Below, in pieces: positions 1-10,552 of a stretch of 64,000 nucleotides of DNA (within the stretch, counting starts at the first letter, position 1; the number at the start of each line of letters is the position of its first letter). This DNA comes from Calcarisporiella thermophila CBS 279.70 (Eukaryota > Fungi > Calcarisporiellomycota): contig NW_027192191.1 of assembly GCF_041956535.1 (NCBI RefSeq), positions 7,702 through 71,701 of the forward strand, read 5' to 3'. Under the pieces are notes generated by a model. That model ran no database searches and had not been told where the DNA came from. It was given only the letters and a program-made list of their open reading frames with translations. Made by a program: the position numbers and the translations under genes.

Positions 1-271
1 ATATGAAGATATTCGTAAAGAAAACTTTTGAGCTAGTACATGAAGCACTATGACTTTTAAGATATGCTGTATAGTGAGTGTCAATTATTTAGTATTTAGT
101 TCATCCTGTTCTTAGAGATATGTCTGAGCGGTTTTACTAGTTCATACGAGATATTTTTCGATATAATTGACCCCACATATCTAATATGAATAGTTGAGTT
201 CTTTATTACCAAGCTATATATTATCTTTAATGACGATTAATAGGATATAAATTCCTCATATTCCTCATTAA

Positions 272-1879
272 TTACCAATTACGTCTACTACCAGTACGCT
301 CAAATCTAAAAATGGTACCGTATATATTGTTTCCGGTCGCTGGAGATTTCCACATATAAGTATATTCTCTGTGGACGCGCTCCCAATCCTTCGGGATGAT
401 GATGTTCTCTGCTACGAAAGTATTATTGTAGCTATACATACTAGCAACTCCTAATCTTATCAAGTTTTGATTGTATTCTTCGGGTATATCCTCTATACTC
501 AGAGTTATTGACTTATCGGCTATCTCGAATAATCTCATTAGAGTTGACTTAAACACATCGTTATTTAAAAAATGTAATGCTCCAGTGCTGACAACATGAT
601 CGATTTTGCGATGCTTCAATGAAAATACGACATCCTGCATTAATCCTATCTCGATGACAGAATACCCCGCTGCTTTTTCGGTCATCTTGGGAGATAAGTC
701 GACTCCTATCATCTCAGCATCCTGGCCGTAGTCATTGATAATTTTTCCAAAAATACCAGTTCCACATCCTAGGTCTAATACTATACCGCTGAAGTCATAG
801 GTAAGCACCATCTTTCTAATTATATTTGGGATATTCGATGTGTTCAGAATGCCATCGTATCTATCAGACATCTTGTCATACTCTTGACGGATTGTGGACA
901 GCTTTAGTTTGCTATTGATGAGCAAGTCGATCAAACCTTCATGTTTTCCTGGGAAGCACTTGTCAATCACGTAGTCATCACCAAACTCATTACCATATTG
1001 ACAGAAGAACGCGGGAGTGGGATTGACCTCTAGTACGTATATGTTATCGTGTTCATCTACTCGCAAATCAACTCTCGCATACCCGCATCCGTGTACATCA
1101 AGCGCGCAGTACGAACGGCAGGCTATGTCTTTGAGCTTTTTTACTAAGCTATCTTCTTCACTGGCTAGACTATAGGTTATCTTCTTCTGTTCAATGCTAT
1201 CGAATTTATTCTCAAAGTGCAAAAACTGCTCCAACTGCGTCATATACGAGGGAAATGAATACACGATCGGTGTCATTGCAAAAACACCATGCTCACCCTC
1301 AATCACCATCACTGAAAATTCTCTTCCAATAATAAATTCTTCAACTAGTATCTCACACTCTACCTCATCTATCAATTTGTTGATCTCAGCCTTGAGTTCC
1401 TCGATATTGTGACAAACCGATTTTTCAGTCATATGCTGACTTCCGCATCCTCTGGAAGGCTTGACTATCAACGGGTACTTATTCAACGAAAAAGACTCTA
1501 TTTTATCCTTGACAATATTATATTCTGGAACAGGAATACCATGCTTTTTGGCTGCGAATTTAAAATCCAATTTGGACAGCGACAGAAATTTGCTACTCGT
1601 CCCCACAATAGGAACTCCCTTGTTCTCGATGAATTTCAAGGCCTCAATCCCGGCAACTTCTTCATACTCCTGTCCCCATAGGAAATTAATATAAACGTCG
1701 AAGTTTTCTTCATATATCGATTGGAGCTGTGCAAAAGCCGTCTCCTTTTTGATGAACCTCAAATGAAATTTATACTTGTCGGAACTGACATATCTCGATG
1801 GATCCTGGTAATTGTCGTATTTTTCAAATGGGGAATTCGTTTCTTCGTACGAAGAGATGAGCACACATACTTGAAGCAT
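272..1879 (-). CDS. ATP-grasp (D-Ala-D-Ala-ligase-like) enzyme fused to a C-terminal class I SAM-dependent methyltransferase; intronless, 535 aa
   Basis: ATP-grasp motifs YPLIVKPSRGCGS, ILVEEFIIGREFSV, YARVDLRVD and YVLEVNPTP. SAM-binding motif I VLDLGCGTG, then IGVDLSPKM and DHVVSTGALHF. Confidence 0.85.
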   Translation of the reverse strand: MLQVCVLISSYEETNSPFEKYDNYQDPSRYVSSDKYKFHLRFIKKETAFAQLQSIYEENFDVYINFLWGQEYEEVAGIEALKFIENKGVPIVGTSSKFLSLSKLDFKFAAKKHGIPVPEYNIVKDKIESFSLNKYPLIVKPSRGCGSQHMTEKSVCHNIEELKAEINKLIDEVECEILVEEFIIGREFSVMVIEGEHGVFAMTPIVYSFPSYMTQLEQFLHFENKFDSIEQKKITYSLASEEDSLVKKLKDIACRSYCALDVHGCGYARVDLRVDEHDNIYVLEVNPTPAFFCQYGNEFGDDYVIDKCFPGKHEGLIDLLINSKLKLSTIRQEYDKMSDRYDGILNTSNIPNIIRKMVLTYDFSGIVLDLGCGTGIFGKIINDYGQDAEMIGVDLSPKMTEKAAGYSVIEIGLMQDVVFSLKHRKIDHVVSTGALHFLNNDVFKSTLMRLFEIADKSITLSIEDIPEEYNQNLIRLGVASMYSYNNTFVAENIIIPKDWERVHREYTYMWKSPATGNNIYGTIFRFERTGSRRNW

Positions 1880-4275
1880 ATTTGGAGTTCACTGAAAAAA
1901 TTTTTTTTGAAGTATTATGAGTTCAAGATGGCCTGCCGACCCATTGCTTATTTATTAAATTTCCTTGGTAAAATAATTCTCACAGTAGATTTTGTTAGTT
2001 AAAACTATCCATTTACTCCGTGTTGCACCTAACTCTAAACATTTAAACAGCTAATCTATTAAACTATAAACTCTACAGCTGTGATTGAAAATTTTCACTA
2101 GTAATTCAGATTTGAGAATTTTTGTTCTCTATATTCTTCATAATCGAGAGCTATTTCAATAAGTCCATATGCTTGTTGACCATCCACTTCATAACAAATA
2201 CTACTACAATAAATCTTATTTTTTTACGATATTTTAAGCAATAAATACCTATTGAGTTTGTTATTCGGATCTAACGGCGAGGATGAAAATGCTTTTTTTA
2301 AGAATGCACTGCTTAGCTGGTTTCATATATTTTCACCTATCATATTTAACCAGAGCTATATAATTTTGAACCCAAAAGTTCGAAAATATTCTTGGATTTT
2401 TTTTGCCCAATTTTCATATGGTAGAATGAGTTATCAAGATTTATGCGAACATGCAAGATTGGTTACCCAGGCTTGTTGCTAAGTGATTCCTTTGAATTTG
2501 CCCTGATTTTGTCGTGGTAGTACATGGGTTTATCAAATTTTCTCTATACTATAAACATTGGGAGTCATCAAAGTAGCGAATCGCTTTTATAGAAATATTC
2601 TTGGTCTACGTAAAATAAGACTTACATATCCAAGCTCTAGCTAATTAATTCCACTTGTTCCTTCCAAAAAAAAAGGTTATAATTGACCTATTCTGAAATA
2701 ATTTTCTATCTGATTTACCTGAAATAGACTGCTGACTTTGCCTTGTCCATTTCCTTTAAGCCGTCGCATACGCTAGGCTTAAGTAAGAATTATCATAATA
2801 GCTAATATTATGATGTCGTCATGAAGGAATTCGAATACAGAAGTGCAGGGACAATTCATTTTAGCAACCAACAAAGATTGATACGCAAATCAAGATGCTT
2901 TAATATATTGCGTGCTAATAAAACATGAAAACCTTTTGCCATTAAACATGCTATCTGATATAATCTTTTTCCATTATCCATTATGCTCTCAAGTTTGGTC
3001 TGTGCTAACACTGCTGGTCAGTTGTTTTTAAATTGTTTTGAGATTGGTAATTCAAACTGAGAATACTATCGTGCCCAGGCTATTCATGATAAAAAAACCC
3101 AGGAAAATCAGAAGCAAGAGCGTCAATCGTGGCTAAATCAAAGAAAAGTTGAAAAAGCTTAAAAGAGACTTAAAATACTCAGATGTCCAATTTAATCTTA
3201 GAAAGAAAATTGTTTATCTTCCTGTTTGTGTTGAGGCAAGAAAATAAAACCTCTTCAGCGAAAATCTTCAGCTATCACGAAGTCAAACTCTGAATTAAAG
3301 AACTAATTTCACCACCTGAATCTTATTAATCGATCAAGTATTTCGAAATGATGGCATCTGGTAGCTGGATTGCATCAATATACTCTCAAAATCTAAGCTC
3401 ATTTCATCCATATTAATATTGTAATGTGATTTGGTCATCTTATAGCAGATCCACTTCCAAGGTGAGAAATTTTGAAAATGGGATAAAATATTGACTCTGT
3501 AAATTTAAACGAATATTGAAACCTTTCATGCCTCTCAGAATAAATGAGTTGTAATTTAATGACGTATCATTTACACGTAAACCTAATTTCATCATGAGGA
3601 ACTTATGTTGTGATCACTTTAAAATTTGCTCTAATAGATATTTTAGCTTATTTTACTATTTGCTCCTTTGCATCATACAGGGAATGAGCACACTATGCAC
3701 GGCACTGAAACCTAAGTGCAAAATTTGGCTATTAGGTTTTTTATCTCTAATAACACTCATTTGTATTCGAATATGAATGTGAGTCATTTCATTAACCCTG
3801 TACATAATTGAACAACTGATTCAGCTATAAAACAGTTTGAATTCTCCCGAAAATTACTGTTTAGAAATGGCTCCCTAGTTCATAGTGTAAAAATATGTAA
3901 CAGGACGGCCGGCTTCCTTCTTTTCTCATGCTATGATATAATATCATTATTATTAACTTATTATGGCTTAGCTTTTGCTTTGTTATTTTCTGGTGTAATA
4001 TTTATGGGAAGATATATTCATCGGAGATTTCATATTCTTTTCTTATTTACAAACCACTTGTTTCTTTTTGCTCCTCACCGATCTCTATATTTTATTAAGA
4101 TCGCCTGTCTACCATTCGAACCCTGTTACAAAATACAACATTTGTCAATATTTATTTCGCTTAATACCTTGAATGCTTTGAAAATAACAAAATTTGTATC
4201 CTTAAGTTCGACAAATTATGCAGAATTGGGGAAAATAATAATTGCAAGTAATATGAGTCAACAAAATAAAGTATA

Positions 4276-5351
4276 TTAAAGCGGTTCTCCTAAGTCTTCT
4301 GACTTCACTCCTACCTCTAATAGCCTAGTCATTAAGTTGCCAAATTCAGTCTCAAACTTGGCGTCATTGTAAGTTATTAAAGTCTTCTTAATGTTTTCAT
4401 CTCGAATGAGCGCCATATCACTAGTGAAGCGAATAAGGTTGGGCGGCACTGGATCTGCGGTATACATCGTTTTGAAAATCGTGGATCGTCTAGGAGTTGC
4501 AGGTTTAAAATTGAGAGTAATAGTGTTGTTGATCCATTTTGGGCCTGAGAGTTTGGCTGAATCTTGGGGTGGTTGGAAAACTCTTAACTCGGTCGGTGCC
4601 CCCCTAAAGGTTTTCCAAGGATTTTAGTAAAATGAAATCAATTCAATTCTGGGTTTTTAGAAAGAAATGTCATGTTACCCAATTGAATGACCGCCGACAA
4701 TCAATAATGCCCATTCCATATCATTGAATCCCAATCTTGCTCCAGCATCCTGCATCAACTCTTTCATTGTACTTAATTCCGGATTGGGTAGGCGGCTGGC
4801 CACTCCGGCACCTCCGCAACTATTAAAATCTGGGCAATCCACACGGCCTGGTCTCCACGTGATTTTTATATTGGGATTGGATTTTTCAACGGCTACGGCA
4901 CTTGCAAGAGAAAACACGTCGGCGTAAGAGATGGTTGGAAACTGAGTTTCTTTCAGTGTATTTAAGGCTAATATGGCAGGTATCAGGGCTCGATTCTTTG
5001 GGTTTCCATTATACTCCTGCGAAAACCGCATAGAGCCGTCTGGGCCGCCTATAGAGTCGTGACATAATAGGTTATCATTGACAAGAACTAGACTATTTAA
5101 ATAAACCTCAAACTCTTATTTCTAGTGCTATGATATATACCTGTGCCGTCTGCCGGATTATAGGTGACTGCATCATGGAATCCTATTCTAAGCCAAGAAG
5201 CGGCAAAAAAAGGTGATAAATCTAGGCTCTTTATAAGAGATTGCTTAAGGCGAGCGTAACTAGCTGCATCCGCAGTGGGTTTAGCAGTAGCACCAAAAAG
5301 CTGAGAAAGGCAGATGAGTGAGATAATCAGTATATAATTATACATGTTCAT
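4276..5351 (-). CDS. Secreted heme peroxidase (peroxidase-catalase superfamily), 3 exons
   Basis: Hydrophobic signal peptide. Distal motif WLRIGFHDA, GGPDGSMRF across intron 5049-5140, ISYADVFSLA, WRPGRVDC, RLPNP, proximal GGHSIG, intron 4604-4678, and proximal Asp in FTSDMAL. Both introns are GT-AG and restore the frame. Confidence 0.85.
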
Positions 5352-6897
5352 GATTAAGTAGTTTCCGATCAAAATTTCGAAAGGTACAGGATAGAGTTAT
5401 AATAATAATATGCGTTAGAACTTCAGAATTCCTCAGATTATATTCTACTTGCTCCTGGGATAACTGCATCGAAGTCTTATATATGGCCGTTTGAAAATAC
5501 TGAAACTCCGGCTAACTCTGTATTCCACCAATATATTTTTAAAACCGCATCTATAAACCACAAACATCCATCTCTGTGAAATGATCTTTTAATAGCAATT
5601 CAATCATTGCAATGCGTGGACACTCCATCCTACCTTTGAACGTTCCAGTTTATCTTTCATTAATAGTGTTATTCAATTTGCCGGTGTAATTTTGATTATT
5701 CAAGTATACCCATCATAACCTTGAATAGAAGGTTTCACTTTGATGACCCCTTTTGAATGAGCAATCTTTAAAACTCAATCTCAATTTTCCAGCAGTTAGG
5801 GTTGAAAAAGCCATTAATTAACGAGGATATGAAAGCTCTGACCAGAAGCAAAGCCGAGAAAATTTCTTTTACACAATGTTTAAAATACTCGCTTTTTTTG
5901 GAAATTTTTGATGTTGAGTTTCCAAAGCTCTAGCGAGGATTGCACAGAGGACGGAGTTAAAGGGATAATTTGATCCGAATGGACACCTCTCCCCATATCA
6001 TATGACAAATTTTGATGGTCAAAGAGCGATATATAGATTTGACACCTCAGAAAGAACCCTCGCTAAATGCCCCCTAATTTCATTGGCCCCTTCAACCCCC
6101 CGTCTATTGCTTATTTCTCGGAAACGTGGGGGGGGGTCATTGTCATACATTGCCAATCGGATGAAGCACACATGGAAGGAAATCCTAGCTGCAGTGAACC
6201 TAACATTAGGCTAAACCTCTCCTATCACAACTCTCAGGAGGAGGAATGCATAAATCCTAACCTCTCTCTACTCTTCAACATTCTGACAGCCTAAGCTAAT
6301 TATAGAAACTAAGGGCTTGAATATTATCCGTTAGAAAGGGCAACCCCATTCCAGGACCTCCATTTAAATAAATAAAATAAAGTCGGTTAAATTGAAAATG
6401 CTCAAGTAATGCAAAGGATGAGAAAAACCGGATAATATTTACCGTGGAGCTGTAGGGACATAGTATAAGGAAAGGCGGTTGAAAAGCACAGTTGAAAGAG
6501 AAAAGCCTACAGAGATTGGTTCGGATACTATTTGATCTAAAAATCCCCATCAGCCAGTGAACAAGAAATAAAAAAGAAAGCAGTTAATTCCAAGTTCTTT
6601 AGAGTATGCTTCAGGTAATCAAAGGCAAGGATTCGTAAGTGCTGAAGCAGCATGAATACTTAGAATAGCAGGTTTCATTATTTCATTGGAAGCCTTGTTT
6701 ATTATAACCCTCAGATTACTTCAGTGGTGATTGAACATTGACCGTTATTTGAAGCTTGGGCTTTATATAGAGCATCCTCAATTTTCAAAATACATATGTC
6801 GATAAATAAAATCTAATTTATTCAGGAGCACTTAATGATGTTTGAGAACCACTATCTGCAGATAGATTAGATATTTTGAGTGAACACAAATATAACG

Positions 6898-8813
6898 CTA
6901 CACTCGTCTGATAGCAATAAGCTTAAATTTTGGAAACTGCATCATTTTTAATTCCTCTTTTGTGAATACGCACGGTTTCATTTCCTCTAGTGCACTCTCA
7001 ATTTCTCGGATATGCTGCAGCACAATCAAGCCTTCAGTTTTTGAACACGACTTCAATAGCCAGAGTGTTTGGAGAAGCTGCTGGAAACTGCTCCGCCGTG
7101 TCGTCCGATCAGGATGCATACGAGCAATGAGTTTATGCATACGATAAACTATATATTCGGGGAATTGTGATGTGCACCCAGCTTTGCGATGGATAATATC
7201 CTGCCAGATTAAAGTGACATTAGTTACACCCTATAATTGTTTGGAGTGTATACTCTATCAGTACTGGCTCAGTTCATTTGGAAAAGAAACTTTAAAATAA
7301 GCAGCTTGCCTTGACATACTCTTCAAGTGCCTTTTGCTTCAGAGTCTGCATGAAATCAGACTCTAAGCGCTTAAAGGCGACGTAAGATTCAAAAAATCGC
7401 TGCCATAGGAAACACCAGTTAATCCAGAAGCAATAGCTTACTACTATAGCCATTGATTGACCATATTTTTGGTCTCTAAAGCAGTTGCAGCATTTAAGTG
7501 TGTTATATCTGACTTGCTGCAAAGTGCTGCGATGCTAATTATGATATGGATAATCGTCGCATCGGATTGTGACCAGTCAATATCCATTAATTGGGCAAGC
7601 TTGATCGAATAATCGATTTCTAATAAAAAAACAACCTGATATCGTATTTAGTAAATAGATAGTGCACCCTTTTTTCATCCTTGGATATTAGCTATATTCT
7701 AGGGAGAGTTTAAACTTCTCATTATCGTTCGGATACGTCGTTGCATTGCAGGAAATTTTCATGATTTCTAAATCTATTAAGCTTGGCCTTCCCTCTACAG
7801 TTACACTTAAAATTTCGAGCTTGCAAAGGTAACACCTAAATGAGAAATCAAGATAAATTGTAAGAAATGCTAGAATAAATCTCGGCGCCATTACTCTCAT
7901 CAAATTCTTCTACAGAACTCTCTTTGTGTACGATTCCGTACATCTTCATCATCGCGATGTAATCCCAATGTGTATGCCATTAATATCGCTTATTTATGGT
8001 ATTTATAGGATTCGTCAAGGCGGTAAACGAGTTGCATACAACATCTCATATTGATATTGGCAAGTAGGATCCCAGGAGAGGGCTCATCAAATACTTCTTC
8101 AAGATATGATTTTGTAGTTTCGAGCAACGCACCAACTATTTTGCGTATCTGATTTAACATAGGGCATTCACCATGCATTAATACCAGGTGAAGTGCTACT
8201 ATGGCAAGAATTGAATGGAGTAATGCTGGGTGGATCTTGCCCTGAAAATAACTTTCGAGGAACATGGCACAATCCGGATGATGAAATGAGAAACAGTTAC
8301 TATTATAAATATTGAAGAGATAATCTTAAGGTTACGACTTATGAGAGAGTTGTGCTTAGAAATTAGCAAATTCTCCTTTAAAGGAAGAGGATTAGGCCAA
8401 ACTAAATGTTGGCAGCGCCGAAATGATTGATCTTTAGCATAATTACGCGGAGAAGGGAAGTCTGGTAATGGAATGCCATCGAGGACAAATTGCGCGCTGA
8501 GAACACGATGAAGATCTCTAAAAGAATTTAGTTTGAATTGAAATTGCAGCCCACTAAAATTAGTAGGAAGAGAATTCCAAAGGCGAGAGAAATCTTTTTC
8601 ATAATGATGCTTCGATTGTATGCTCTTTTCTGATGAAGTTGAGTTAGCATCATCAGGAGTATTTGCTACTTCAGAAGAGGACTCAAGTAAGGAACAAAAG
8701 GTAAGACAACTCTCTTCTACTGAGCTAGTTTGTGTCGACAAACTAGCGAGCTGCTTGAGGCAAAGGGAGTACAACTTTTGTTCTCGCCCAGATGCAAGTA
8801 AGACATAACTCAC
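6898..8813 (-). pseudogene. Disrupted fungal-specific transcription factor (Fungal_trans/middle homology region-like)
   Basis: Fragments lie in several frames: DYLFNIYNSNCFSFHHPDCAMFLESY..IHPALLHSILAIVALH and AILMAYTLGLHRDDE. A frameshift near 8327, an in-frame TAA at 7990 and further breaks are not explained by obvious introns. Confidence 0.55.
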
Positions 8814-9464
8814 TGAAAAGGTCGTCGAGATTTTTAGCCATATCTCTTTTGGATTTAATATCCAAACGTGAGAAAGATTAGACAGCTCTGTATCTAATTA
8901 TGGCTCTGGGAAAGGCACGGCCTCAATTGCCCCGTGTGCTACCGATGCAACACCGCAATTGTTTTTGGAAATGAGGCATAAATAGTGTTTCCATAACGCC
9001 ATCTTGAATTCGAGAGAAAATGGACCTCTTAATATTATAAACTACTTTCTTTCAAAGAAAATCGAATACTGCCACTCCCCCTAACAGCATAGGTTTATCT
9101 CACTTCTTGTAAAGTCTGTGTTATGCAGTGAAGCTGGGTCCAAATTTGGTGCACTAAGACTGGGTAGGTTGGTTATCACAGGGGCTCAATTTTCCCCTGC
9201 AGTATTATCATCAATTGATTTAATTCGAAATACTGTAGTAAATCGTCAGTATAACGGCGGAGTTACCCCTAGTTTCGTCCGAACAGCTACTAAGTATATC
9301 GACATCCTTGTCATTTATAAAGACCGTTTCAATTCGCCGTAATTTGCCTTGGCTGAATATCTTGGACAGTGCATAGAAATTCGTATAAAATGCTCTTTAA
9401 TTTTGATATTGTGAGCATTCACACCACAGCTTGACTTTGGACGTTACTTTTATCCTCTTGTAAA

Positions 9465-9776
9465 ATGAAAATCAATTATTACCCTCTTTTATTGGCGAAT
9501 GCCTATATATTCTCCGTTGCAAATGGGCTTGAAAAGCGCTGCATGAAATACCCGCATGTATCGCCGGGACCTTCTGATAATCCATATAAACCGTCTGAGC
9601 GATGTACACCTGTTACAATGAACCTGGGAATCTACGTGGAAGATTGCAACGGGGCTACTTTCACATTCAATCCCCCTGACGTCTTCTGGACATCTCCTTA
9701 CACTACAACTCAATGTGCAACTGCCACGAAATCCAATACTCCTACCACTAAGTGCACATCCTACACTGCACCTTGA
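9465..9776 (+). CDS. Small secreted cysteine-containing protein (103 aa) with a Kex2-type LEKR site
   Basis: ATG in AAAATG context, TATAAAA at ~9385, hydrophobic N-terminus, then LEKR followed by a 78-aa mature region with 5 Cys and a Thr-rich tail. Confidence 0.6.
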   Translation: MKINYYPLLLANAYIFSVANGLEKRCMKYPHVSPGPSDNPYKPSERCTPVTMNLGIYVEDCNGATFTFNPPDVFWTSPYTTTQCATATKSNTPTTKCTSYTAP

Positions 9777-10552
9777 ACACGCAGGACGTGATATGATAAA
9801 AAGATAAATAGATCCGAAATTCGATATGCATGACTTGTTCTATTGTATAGAAAGCCTACTTATTTGTGTTTGATTAGTTAAGAATAACATGAATAAATTT
9901 AATGATACTATTAAGTATAAATGCATAATCAAAAGCTCGTTTATTTTAATTCAGTATTTGCATTGTATTCAACTGGCAACGGCTTCGAAAATCTTGTCCG
10001 CGAGTGATTCCGACCATGATATTGGCGGTACATTCGCCATTTGACCTCCAATTTTTCCAAACATATGTGCACTTGATTTTCTTTTTCTTACCTCCCTGAA
10101 TGCTGTCGGTTATAATTAATTATTTTGTATATAGGATTAACACAATGGCAGTGGAACAATATCATTGTTGTGCTCAAAATGAACTAAGAAATTTGATGGA
10201 TCGTGAATAGTTGCATGACATTTTTAATATTGAAGTAGGATCCCCATATAGAACTTACATAGACTCACGGGTTCGCATAATATTTTTTCTTAACCAGAAG
10301 CCGGATATAAATAGAATTTTATGCATGCAAATAGTTTAAGATTGGCTGTTTTCCACGAAGATCTCAGGGAAATTTCCAGTAAAACATCGGTCGCAAAACT
10401 TCAAGTTGGCCAAGTTGGCCAAGTTATCGTGATACTAACATTTTATATTATAATACTCTAATAGGCATTGCGGGCTATAGTGATAATACAGATAATATAG
10501 TAGAATGAAAATAAAATATCGTTTAGATGGTATAATAAGATATTTTTTCATT

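Noticed and set aside
2810-3450. Possible degenerate Helitron/transposon remnant (KEFEYRSAGTIHF loosely like the Rep motif EFQxRGxxHxH)
   Set aside because: Only one weak motif amid many stops, with no termini or helicase motifs, so it cannot be supported without a search.
10402-10425. Short tandem repeat (CAAGTTGGC) x ~2.6
   Set aside because: Too short to imply function, with no spacers. No CRISPR-like array is seen anywhere in this eukaryotic window.
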